Below are positions 43,760 to 52,148 of a DNA stretch of 64,000 bases, in pieces. A program made the translations under genes and the position numbers. Source of the DNA: an uncultured Gemmatimonadales bacterium (GTDB lineage: Bacteria > Gemmatimonadota > Gemmatimonadetes > Palauibacterales > Palauibacteraceae); contig CAWANJ010000002.1 in NCBI GenBank assembly GCA_963783385.1, positions 128,001 to 192,000 on the forward strand, given 5' to 3'. Each line of letters starts with the position of its first letter. Within the stretch, counting starts at the first letter, position 1. The notes beneath the pieces were generated by a model. The model was not told where the DNA came from and searched no databases. It was given only the letters and a program-made list of their open reading frames with translations.

Positions 43760-45290
43760 CGCGGGCCGGGCCATCTCGGCGGGCGCTTCCTTCCCGGGCC
43801 GGAGGATCGTGGTGGCCTCCAACCGGTTGCCGGTCAGCCTCCAGCGAACGGGAGACGGCTGGGAAGTCGAGCCGGGCTCGGGCGGTCTCGTGACCGCGCT
43901 CGCGCCCGTCCTCCGGAGCCGAGGCGGCGTGTGGGTAGGCTGGCCCGGCACCGTCAAGGCGGACGACGAGCTCGAGGGGGTCCTGGACCGGGCCACGCGG
44001 GACGCCGGCTATCGGCTGGAGCCGGTGCCTCTCACGAGGGAGGAGCGGGACAACTACTACTACGGCTTCTCCAACGAGGTGCTGTGGCCCCTCCTCCACG
44101 ACCTCCAGACCCTGTTCCGCTTCGACCCCGACTACTGGAGCGCGTACGAGACCGTGAACCACTCCTTCGCGGCGACCATGGCCCGCGTGGCCGGGCCGGA
44201 CGACTACCTGTGGGTGCACGACTATCACCTCATGCTGGTGGCCGCGTCGCTGCGGGGCATGGGGATAGAGAACCGGATCGGCTACTTCCTCCACACGCCG
44301 TTCCCTCCTCCGGACATCCTCGTCAAGCTGCCGTGGCGCATGCAGGTCCTCGGTGCCCTCCTGTGCTACGACCTCCTCGGGTTCCAGACGATCCGGGACC
44401 GGAACAACTTCCTGGCGTGCGCGGGCCAGTTCCTTCGCAACGTCCGCGTGGAAGGGGAGGGGACGGTGGTCCGGTGCGACTTCGAAGATCGCAGCGTCCG
44501 CGTCGGAGCGTTCCCGATCAGCATCGATTTCGACGATTTCGACCGGACCGCTCGCAGCGACCAGGTCGTGTCGCTCATGCAGGACCTCGGCGGGATCGCT
44601 CCCGGTGGACACATGATCCTCGGCGTCGACCGACTCGACTATACGAAGGGGATCCCGAACCGGATCGACGCGTTCCGGATCGTGCTGGAGCGGAACCCGT
44701 CCCTGCGGGGCAAGCTCACGCTGGTCCAGATCGTCGTGCCCAGCCGGGAGCACATCCCCGAATACCACGATCTCAAGCGGCAGATCGAGCGCATGGTGGG
44801 CGAGATCAACGGCCGGTTCACGACCGACACGTGGGTCCCGGTGCACTACCGTTACCGGAGCCTGGATCGGCCGGCCCTGGTGGCCCACTACCGCAAGGCC
44901 TCGGTGGCCCTCGTGACCCCCCTCAAGGACGGCATGAACCTCGTCGCCAAGGAGTATTGCGCGGCGAACGTCGACCTGGACGGCGTCCTCGTCCTCAGCG
45001 AGTTCACGGGCGCCGCGGCCCAGCTCCAGGACGGGGCCCTCCTGGTCAACCCGTACGACACGATCGAGGTGGCCGAGGCCATCGGACGGGCGGCCCGCAT
45101 GCCGAGCGACGAGCGCCATCGGCGCATGGAGCGGCTCCGGAGCGTGGTACGGGATCAGGACGTATACTGGTGGGTCGAGACCTTCGCCCGTGCCGCGTCC
45201 AGCCCGGAGCTGCCGCCCCTGCCGACCCTGCCCGACTTCGTGCCCGGCTTCCGACTGCGGGGGGATCCGTGCGGCGAGGACGGGGCGTGA
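43752..45290 (+). CDS. otsA: Trehalose-6-phosphate synthase (GT20)
   Basis: SNRLP, GGLVTAL, YYYGFSNEVLWPL, WVHDYHL, FLHTPFP, GVDRLDYTKG, DGMNLVAKEY. Confidence 0.95.
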   Translation: MSDAGRAISAGASFPGRRIVVASNRLPVSLQRTGDGWEVEPGSGGLVTALAPVLRSRGGVWVGWPGTVKADDELEGVLDRATRDAGYRLEPVPLTREERDNYYYGFSNEVLWPLLHDLQTLFRFDPDYWSAYETVNHSFAATMARVAGPDDYLWVHDYHLMLVAASLRGMGIENRIGYFLHTPFPPPDILVKLPWRMQVLGALLCYDLLGFQTIRDRNNFLACAGQFLRNVRVEGEGTVVRCDFEDRSVRVGAFPISIDFDDFDRTARSDQVVSLMQDLGGIAPGGHMILGVDRLDYTKGIPNRIDAFRIVLERNPSLRGKLTLVQIVVPSREHIPEYHDLKRQIERMVGEINGRFTTDTWVPVHYRYRSLDRPALVAHYRKASVALVTPLKDGMNLVAKEYCAANVDLDGVLVLSEFTGAAAQLQDGALLVNPYDTIEVAEAIGRAARMPSDERHRRMERLRSVVRDQDVYWWVETFARAASSPELPPLPTLPDFVPGFRLRGDPCGEDGA

Positions 45291-45316
45291 CCCCGGCGCC
45301 GCAGCCGATCGCCGCG

Positions 45317-45345
45317 TTGACTCGCGCCGTCGCCCGATGTAGGCT
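45317..45345 (+). promoter_or_regulatory. Sigma70-type promoter for prs
   Basis: TTGACT (45317-45322) - 17 nt - TAGGCT (45340-45345). Confidence 0.65.
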
Positions 45346-45390
45346 AATGGGCTCTTAAGCATTCGCGCACCCGCTGCCACCGAGGAGAGC

Positions 45391-46419
45391 ATGTCGGAGC
45401 TATCGGCCACGGCGAGCCCCATGATGCTGCTCGCCGGGACCGCGAACCCGGCCCTGGCGGAGCGCATCGCCCGCGAGCTGGACCGGCCGCTGTGCGATGT
45501 GACGATCAAGCGGTTCGCGGACGGCGAGATCTTCGTTCGCATCAACGAGAACGTTCGTGGACGGGATGTGTTCATCATCCAGCCCACGAATCCGCCGGGC
45601 GACAACGTCCTCGAGCTCCTCATCCTCATCGACGCGGCCAAGCGAGCTTCGGCCGCCCGGGTGACGGCGGTGGTGCCGTACTACGGTTATGCGAGGCAGG
45701 ACCGGAAGGACCAGCCGCGGGTCTCGATCGCCGCCAAGCTCATGGCGAACCTGATCACGGCGGCAGGGGCCGATCGCCTGCTGTCGATCGACTTTCACCA
45801 GCACCAGCTGCAGGGGTTCTTCGACATTCCGGTGGATCACCTGTACGCGGCCCCCGTCCTCACCGGCCGTTACCGCGAGATGGAGCTGGAGGAGCCGGTC
45901 GTGGTGGCGACGGACGTCGGTGCGGCCAAAATGGCCCGCGGCTACGCGCAGCGTCTCGGCGAGGCGAGCCTCGCGATCATCGACAAGCGGCGGCCCGGAC
46001 CCAACGTGGCCGAGGTGTCCAACGTGGTCGGGGAAGTGGACGGGCGCCCCTGCCTGATCGTCGACGACATGATCGACACGGCCGGCACCATGGCCGGAGC
46101 CGTGACGGCGCTGAAGGAACGTGGAGCGACGCGGGTGTATTGCGTTGCGACCCACGCGCTGCTGTCGGGCCCGGCGATCGAGCGGCTCGCGAGCGTGGAC
46201 GTGGAGGAGGTCGCGGTGACGGACACGATCGCCATCCCCGCCAGCAAGCGGGCGGCGCTCCCGTCCCTGCGCATCATGTCCGTGGCGGGCCTGCTCGCCC
46301 GGGCGATCGAGAACACCCACTTCAGCCGGTCCGTGAGTTCCCTGTTCAACGGCGATTCCTCGGAGGATGAGGATGCCGGGGTCGAGCTGCGGGCGGTGCC
46401 GACGGATAGAGAGGCGTGA
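45391..46419 (+). CDS. prs: Ribose-phosphate pyrophosphokinase
   Basis: FADGEI, NVRGRDVFI, PYYGYARQDRK, IVDDMIDTAGT. Confidence 0.97.
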   Translation: MSELSATASPMMLLAGTANPALAERIARELDRPLCDVTIKRFADGEIFVRINENVRGRDVFIIQPTNPPGDNVLELLILIDAAKRASAARVTAVVPYYGYARQDRKDQPRVSIAAKLMANLITAAGADRLLSIDFHQHQLQGFFDIPVDHLYAAPVLTGRYREMELEEPVVVATDVGAAKMARGYAQRLGEASLAIIDKRRPGPNVAEVSNVVGEVDGRPCLIVDDMIDTAGTMAGAVTALKERGATRVYCVATHALLSGPAIERLASVDVEEVAVTDTIAIPASKRAALPSLRIMSVAGLLARAIENTHFSRSVSSLFNGDSSEDEDAGVELRAVPTDREA

Positions 46420-46420
46420 C

Positions 46421-47128
46421 ATGGCGGTCGAAGCAATTCTGAAGGCGGAGGAGCGGACCCAGACGGGTAGCGGCGCGGCGCGCCGGATGCGCCGCGACGG
46501 GTACGTCCCGGCCGTCGTGTACGGGCACGGCGAGTCGTCCAGGAACCTGAAGATCCGGGAGCGTGAGCTGCAGACGCTCCTGGACCGGATCAGCGTGGAC
46601 AACACGCTCGTGGACCTGGAGGTCGACGGCGACGCGAGCCAGAAGGTGCTGATCCGCGAGGTGCAGCGGCATCCGTGGAAGGCGCGTGTGCTACACGTGG
46701 ACTTCTTCCAGATCCGCGCCGACGAGAAGCTCCGTGTGGCGGTTCCGCTAGAGCTCGTGGGCGTTCCCAAGGGCGTGCTCGACGAGGGGGGCATCCTCCA
46801 GCAGAGCCGCCACGACATCGAGGTGGAATGCCTGCCGGGCGAGATCCCCGAGCGCTTCGAGCTCGATGTCTCGAACCTGGACATTGGTGACTCGCTGCAC
46901 GTGGCGGACCTGAACACGGGCGGCGTGCGTCCTCTCGAGGACCTCGACCTCACGCTTTGCGTGGTGGTGCCGCCGACCGTCATCCAGGTCGAGGAGGAAG
47001 AGGAGGAGGTCCTGCTCGAGGGCCTGGAGCCCGAGCTCATCGGCCGCGAAGGCGAGGAGGAGGGCGAGGAGGAGACGCCCCAGGCCGCGGGGCGCCAGCG
47101 CGAGCAGGAGGACGAGGAGGAGGCGTAG
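46421..47128 (+). CDS. rplY: 50S ribosomal protein L25/general stress protein Ctc
   Basis: ARRMRRDGYVPAVVYG, EVQRHP, HVDF, GGIL; between prs and pth. Confidence 0.95.
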   Translation: MAVEAILKAEERTQTGSGAARRMRRDGYVPAVVYGHGESSRNLKIRERELQTLLDRISVDNTLVDLEVDGDASQKVLIREVQRHPWKARVLHVDFFQIRADEKLRVAVPLELVGVPKGVLDEGGILQQSRHDIEVECLPGEIPERFELDVSNLDIGDSLHVADLNTGGVRPLEDLDLTLCVVVPPTVIQVEEEEEEVLLEGLEPELIGREGEEEGEEETPQAAGRQREQEDEEEA

Positions 47129-47163
47129 CGTCGACCCCTCTCTCTCGCACGGCGCAAGGCCGC

Positions 47164-47730
47164 GTGAAGGCCATCGTCGCCCTCGGCAACCCCGGCGACC
47201 GCTACGTCGACACACGCCACAACGTCGGGTGGTGGTTGGCGGAGCGGCTGCGGGCCGCGTGGTCGTTTCCGGCCTTCCGCGCCCGGGACGCGACCCGGAC
47301 GTCGGAGGGACGGCGCGGTGAGCACACGGTGCGCATCGTCCAGCCTCTCACGTACGTCAACCGTAGCGGCCGCGTCGCTCGTGACATGATGGTCGAGACC
47401 GGCCTGTCGCCCTCCCAGGACCTGTTGGTCCTGGTGGACGACGTTTCCCTGCCGCCCGGCGCCCTGAGGATGCGGGCGAGCGGGTCATCGGGTGGGCACA
47501 ACGGCCTCGCGTCGATCGAGGAAGCGGTGGGGACGCGGGAGTACGCCAGGCTCCGCATCGGCGTGGGCCGGCCCCACGACGACAGGATCGATCTGGCCGA
47601 CTGGGTGCTCGCGCCGCTGCCCGGGCCCGAAGAGGAGGCGGTGCTGGAGACGTTCCCGAGGGCGATCGAAGCCGTCGACTGCTGGTTGGTCGAGGGCGTC
47701 GGGGCGGCCATGAGTCGCCACAACGGCTGA
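47164..47730 (+). CDS. pth: Peptidyl-tRNA hydrolase
   Basis: LGNPG, TRHNVG, TYVNRSG, GGHNGLAS, RLRIGVGRP. Confidence 0.95.
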   Translation: MKAIVALGNPGDRYVDTRHNVGWWLAERLRAAWSFPAFRARDATRTSEGRRGEHTVRIVQPLTYVNRSGRVARDMMVETGLSPSQDLLVLVDDVSLPPGALRMRASGSSGGHNGLASIEEAVGTREYARLRIGVGRPHDDRIDLADWVLAPLPGPEEEAVLETFPRAIEAVDCWLVEGVGAAMSRHNG

Positions 47731-47775
47731 GATCGGTTCGATCGCGGTGGACACCTAGAGAGGAGAGAGAGGGCC

Positions 47776-49914
47776 GTGGAGGTATACTCTAATTATGCGC
47801 TGTGGCTGGGTCTGATCGGCCTGGCGTTCGCCTGGGCGCTGTACGCCTACGTGCGGAGCCAGCCGGACGGCAGCGATCTCATGCGAGACCTGGCCGAGCA
47901 GATCCACAGCGGCGCCATGACCTTCCTGCGCCGTGAGTACACGGTGCTCATCCCCTTCATCGTCGTGGTGGCCTTCCTCCTGTGGGCCCTGATCGGGGGC
48001 GCCACGGCGGCGGCCTACGTGCTCGGCGCGTTCTCGTCGATCCTGGCGGGGGTGTTCGGCATGCAGGCCGCGACGCACGCCAACGTGCGTACGGCCGAGG
48101 CCGCGCGCTCCTCGGGCCAGGCCAGGGCGCTGCGGGTCGCGTTCAGCGGCGGCTCCGTGATGGGGCTGGCCGTGGCGAGCCTCGGACTGGTGGGTATCGG
48201 GGCGGTCGTCCTCATCTTCCTGCACCCCGGAGCCGTCGGCTTCTCCTTCAGGACCTTCGGGGAGATCATCTCCGGCTACGCCATGGGAGCCTCCTCCATC
48301 GCCCTGTTCGCACGGGTGGGCGGCGGCATCTACACCAAGGCGGCGGACGTCGGGGCGGATCTGGTCGGGAAGGTCGAGGCGGGGATCCCGGAAGATGATC
48401 CGCGCAACCCCGCCACCATCGCGGACAACGTCGGGGACAACGTCGGGGACGTGGCCGGCATGGGAGCGGACATCTTCGAGTCCTACGTGGGCTCGATCGT
48501 GGCCACGATCGTGATCGGCGTCTCGAGTCCGATCATCATGAGCTCGCAGCGGCTGGAGGCCGTGGCCCTCCCCGTCCTCTACGTGATGATCGGCCTCCTG
48601 GCCAGCGTGGTGGGAGTGCTGGCCATGCGCGTGTTGGAGCGCATGAACCCGGCCTCGGCGCTGCGCAACACGACGTTCGTGGCGGGCGTGCTTTTCTGGA
48701 TCGGGGCCTACTTCGTGACCGTGCAGCTGGACGTGTTCGCCGGCGCGAACGCCGGACACTGGCACCTCCTGAACCACGCCGCCGGGCCGTTCTGGGCGAT
48801 GCTGTTCGGCTCCCTGTGTGGCATGGCCATCGGCATCAGCACGGAGTTCTATACGGCCGGCGGACCCATGCGGAGAATCGCGGACGCGTCGGAGACGGGG
48901 GCAGCGACCAACATCATCACCGGCCTGGCGGTCGGGATGGAGTCGGTGGCGATTCCGCTCCTCCTCATCTGCGCCTCTATCTTCCTGGCCTTCAAGTTCT
49001 CCGGCTTGTACGGCATCGGGATCGCCGCGGTCGGGATGCTGGCCACGGTGGGCGTCACCATGTCGGTCGACGCCTACGGCCCCATCGCCGACAATGCGGG
49101 CGGCATCAGCGAGATGAGCGGCCTCGGCCCGAGCGTACGCGCCATCACGGACAGGCTGGATGCCCTGGGCAATACCACGGCCGCCATCGGGAAGGGCTTC
49201 GCGATCGGCTCTGCCGCCCTGACCGCTCTGGCCCTGTTCTCGGCCTATGCGAACGCCGTCGGGCTCACGCGCGAAGGCATCAACCTGGTCCATCCGCTGG
49301 TCGTCATCGGACTGTTCGTGGGTGGTATCACGCCCTTCTTCATCTCGGCGCTCACCATGACGGCGGTCGGTCGGGCGGCGGCGGGCATGGTGGAGGAGGT
49401 GCGCCGACAGTTCCGCGAGATCCCGGGCATCATGGAGGGGACCGGCAAGCCGGATCCCTCCCGCTGCGTGGACATCTCGAGCCGGGCGGCGCTGCGCGAG
49501 ATGATCATCCCGGGGCTCACCGCGATCGCCGTCCCGGTCCTGGCGGGCTACTTCCTGGGCGTGGAGGCGCTGGGCGGACTCCTGGCCGGCGCCACCATCA
49601 GTGGCGTGCTCCTGGCCCTGTTCATGTCCAACGCTGGAGGTGCCTGGGACAACGCCAAGAAGTTCATCGAGACGGGCCAGCACGGCGGCAAGGGATCCGA
49701 CTCGCACAGGGCGGCCGTGGTGGGCGACACGGTGGGAGACCCGTTCAAGGACACGTCGGGTCCGTCGATGAACATCGTGATCAAGCTGATCAGCGTGGTG
49801 TCGCTGGTGCTGGCGCCCTGGTTCGCGCGGGTGCACGGGATCGTGCCGGCCGGGGACGTCGGGATGGGCGCGGCCTGGCACCAGCTCGTGCACCTGCTGG
49901 GGCATCTGGTGTAA
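47776..49914 (+). CDS. hppA: Membrane-bound ion-translocating pyrophosphatase (K+-dependent type, probably Na+-pumping)
   Basis: [39 protein letters not shown] (Ala at the K+-dependence position), [10 protein letters not shown]. Confidence 0.95.
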   Translation: MEVYSNYALWLGLIGLAFAWALYAYVRSQPDGSDLMRDLAEQIHSGAMTFLRREYTVLIPFIVVVAFLLWALIGGATAAAYVLGAFSSILAGVFGMQAATHANVRTAEAARSSGQARALRVAFSGGSVMGLAVASLGLVGIGAVVLIFLHPGAVGFSFRTFGEIISGYAMGASSIALFARVGGGIYTKAADVGADLVGKVEAGIPEDDPRNPATIADNVGDNVGDVAGMGADIFESYVGSIVATIVIGVSSPIIMSSQRLEAVALPVLYVMIGLLASVVGVLAMRVLERMNPASALRNTTFVAGVLFWIGAYFVTVQLDVFAGANAGHWHLLNHAAGPFWAMLFGSLCGMAIGISTEFYTAGGPMRRIADASETGAATNIITGLAVGMESVAIPLLLICASIFLAFKFSGLYGIGIAAVGMLATVGVTMSVDAYGPIADNAGGISEMSGLGPSVRAITDRLDALGNTTAAIGKGFAIGSAALTALALFSAYANAVGLTREGINLVHPLVVIGLFVGGITPFFISALTMTAVGRAAAGMVEEVRRQFREIPGIMEGTGKPDPSRCVDISSRAALREMIIPGLTAIAVPVLAGYFLGVEALGGLLAGATISGVLLALFMSNAGGAWDNAKKFIETGQHGGKGSDSHRAAVVGDTVGDPFKDTSGPSMNIVIKLISVVSLVLAPWFARVHGIVPAGDVGMGAAWHQLVHLLGHLV

Positions 49915-49927
49915 GGAACGGCGACGG

Positions 49928-49976
49928 ACCTCCGAAAGGAGGTGCGACCGAGCGGCGCGCCCCAATGGCGCGCCGC
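49928..49976 (+). terminator. Two hairpins downstream of hppA
   Basis: ACCTCC-GAAA-GGAGGT (49928-49943) and GCGGCGCGCC-CCAAT-GGCGCGCCGC (49952-49976); no clear U-tract. Confidence 0.4.
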
Positions 49977-49978
49977 CA

Positions 49979-50023
49979 CTCCTGCTCCGGGCACGGACCC
50001 GGGGCCGATCGAGACCGAAGGAG
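49979..50023 (+). promoter_or_regulatory. Probable S6:S18 ribosomal protein leader RNA
   Basis: CTCCT pairs with the rpsF SD AGGAG; inner stem GCTCCGGG/CCCGGGGC; CCG in the internal loop. Confidence 0.6.
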
Positions 50024-50028
50024 GCACG

Positions 50029-50400
50029 ATGCGAGAGTACGAGACCGTCTACATCTTCCAGTCGACCCTCGAGCCCGAGGAGATCGACGGGAAGCTCGAG
50101 ACCTTCCACGGCCTGCTGGCCGACGCCGAGATCACGGCCGTCGAGCACTGGGGCCGTCGGCAGCTCGCCTATGAGCTCGCCGACCAGTCCGCCGGTTATT
50201 ACGTGGTGGCGCAGTTCCAGGCCGACCCGGCCCGGATCAAGCCGTTCGAGAACGCCCTCAAGATGGACGAGGCGGTGCTGCGCCATCTGGTCGTCATCTC
50301 CGAAGGCGAGTCCGCCGTCCTGCCATCCCTCCGGGGAGAGGACGATGACGATGACGATGACGACGACCGCGATGACCGTGACGAGGACGAGGAGGACTGA
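50029..50400 (+). CDS. rpsF: 30S ribosomal protein S6
   Basis: MREYETVYI, WGRRQLAY, GYY, VLRHLVV; acidic tail. Confidence 0.96.
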   Translation: MREYETVYIFQSTLEPEEIDGKLETFHGLLADAEITAVEHWGRRQLAYELADQSAGYYVVAQFQADPARIKPFENALKMDEAVLRHLVVISEGESAVLPSLRGEDDDDDDDDDRDDRDEDEED

Positions 50401-50403
50401 GCC

Positions 50404-50625
50404 ATGAGCGCGTTCAGGAAGAGCTGCAAGCTGTGTGACCGGGACGTCGACCGGGTGGACTACAAGAACGCGGACCTGCTGCGGCGCTACATTACCGATC
50501 GGGGCAAGATCCTGCCCCGACGGGCCACGGGAGCCTGCTCGAGGCACCAGCATCAGCTGTGCACGGCCATCAAGCGAGCCCGCTTCCTGGCCCTGGTGCC
50601 GTACATCGAGGGGTACCGGGGCTGA
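50404..50625 (+). CDS. rpsR: 30S ribosomal protein S18 (zinc-binding C+ form)
   Basis: CKLC, DYKN, GKILPRRATGAC..H, AIKRARFLALVPY. Confidence 0.96.
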   Translation: MSAFRKSCKLCDRDVDRVDYKNADLLRRYITDRGKILPRRATGACSRHQHQLCTAIKRARFLALVPYIEGYRG

Positions 50626-50680
50626 GCTCGACGCTCCGCGGCGGAGGAGGACGGGGGACGGCGGCGCCCCCCCGTGCGGT

Positions 50681-51619
50681 GTGACCTCCCGAGGGTGGGC
50701 CCTGACCCGGGCCCTGGCGCTGGCCCTGGCCGTGGCGGCCTTCTCACCCGTCGACCCGCTGGTCCTGGTGTTCGTGCCGCTCGCGGTCCAGATCCTGGCT
50801 TTCCGCTGGGACAGTCGCGGCGGGCTCGTCCTGGCGGCGGCGGCCGTCGTCGTGGCTTTCGCGGGACTCACGCGGAGTCCCGCCGACCCCCTCTGGTACG
50901 TGGAGCGGGCCTGGTCCCTGCTTCTCGGAGGGAGCTTCGTGGTCGCCACGGTGCTGTGGCCCCGGCGAGGCGTGGTCTCCCGCGGGCTGGCCGCCACGGC
51001 GGCGGCGTTCGGCCTGGTGGTGCTCGCCGCGCTGGTGCACCACTCGTTGTTGGCGGACCTCGACTGGCGTATCGGACACGATCTGGCCGACAAGGCGGCC
51101 GTGGTCTCCCTGTGGCTCCAGGGCCGTTCGGGAGGTGGAAGCGGGGCGTTCGAGACGGCGCTGTACGGGGCCGTGAACTGGGAGGTGAGGCTGTATCCCG
51201 GATCCCTGGCGCTGGCGTCCCTGGCGGCCCTGGGTGTCGGGGCCTACGTGACCACGCGTCTTCGGGGACGCCCCGACGGAGTGGGGCCGGTGCGTGAGTT
51301 CCGGTTCAACGACCACCTCGTGTGGGTGCTGTTGGGGGGCATGGCGCTGTTCCTTCTGCCCCTGGGAGACCTGGCGGCGCGCCTCGGGGAAAACGCCCTG
51401 CTCGTGATGGGCGGACTGTACCTGTTGCGGGGCGCGGGGATACTATTGTGGTTGGGCGCCGCCGTCGTGACATCGGTGTGGAGCGCCCTCCTGTGGACGG
51501 TGATCGCGATCTTGCTCTACCCGGTCGGGATCACGCTCGCGCTGCTGGTGGGCCTCGGGGACACCTGGCTGGACCTGCGCGCTCGCCTCGGGGCCCCGTC
51601 GGGCCCGGATGGAAGCTGA
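50681..51619 (+). CDS. DUF2232/YybS-family membrane protein (start approximate)
   Basis: Multi-TM protein between rpsR and rplI; FRFNDHLVW, GLGDTWLDLRAR. Confidence 0.8.
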   Translation: MTSRGWALTRALALALAVAAFSPVDPLVLVFVPLAVQILAFRWDSRGGLVLAAAAVVVAFAGLTRSPADPLWYVERAWSLLLGGSFVVATVLWPRRGVVSRGLAATAAAFGLVVLAALVHHSLLADLDWRIGHDLADKAAVVSLWLQGRSGGGSGAFETALYGAVNWEVRLYPGSLALASLAALGVGAYVTTRLRGRPDGVGPVREFRFNDHLVWVLLGGMALFLLPLGDLAARLGENALLVMGGLYLLRGAGILLWLGAAVVTSVWSALLWTVIAILLYPVGITLALLVGLGDTWLDLRARLGAPSGPDGS

Positions 51620-51637
51620 AACGACAAGGACGCGACG

Positions 51638-52087
51638 ATGACAGAGATCATCCTGCAGCAGGACATCGAGAACCTGGGCGAGGCGGGGGAGGTCGTGGAC
51701 GTCAAGCCCGGCTACGCCCGCAACTATCTCCTCCCGCGCGGGCTGGCGATCCCGGCCACCGAGGGGAACGTGAAGCGCATCGAGCAGGAGCGGCGGCGCC
51801 TCCATCGGGCCCGCACCCGCGAGCGCGATCAAGCGGAGGAGCTCTCGCAGCAGCTCGCCGATCGCTCTCTGAGCTTCTCGGTACGCGCCGGAGAGGAAGG
51901 GCGCCTGTTCGGCTCCGTCACGAGCACCGACATTGCCGAGCGGCTGGCCGAAGAGGGGATCGCGGTGGACCGACGGCTCATTCGGCTCGAGGAGCCGATC
52001 AAGGAGCTGGGCGTCTACCGCGTCGCGGTGGAGCTCCACGCCGACGTGCGGCCGGAGCTCAAGGTGTGGGTGGTGGCCGAAGAATAG
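51638..52087 (+). CDS. rplI: 50S ribosomal protein L9
   Basis: LGEAGEVVDVKPGYARNYLLPRGLA, GRLFGSVT, IKELG. Confidence 0.97.
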   Translation: MTEIILQQDIENLGEAGEVVDVKPGYARNYLLPRGLAIPATEGNVKRIEQERRRLHRARTRERDQAEELSQQLADRSLSFSVRAGEEGRLFGSVTSTDIAERLAEEGIAVDRRLIRLEEPIKELGVYRVAVELHADVRPELKVWVVAEE

Positions 52088-52148
52088 GCCACGCTGCAGC
52101 CTGCCGGCGGCGCTCGTCGTCGCCGGGACTCCGATACGGGAGCTACGC

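Noticed and set aside
45290-45390. attR copy of the tRNA-Gln 3' end or an integrase marking a mobile island
   Set aside because: No repeat of the tRNA 3' sequence and no recombinase ORF found, so no mobile element is called.
47755-51093. Very long antisense/shadow ORFs (e.g. 47755..51093 -, 18559..20979 -, 58670..61243 -, 23013..26075 -)
   Set aside because: They overlap well-supported genes, are Arg/Pro/Gly-rich without motifs, and are expected from stop-codon scarcity at high GC.
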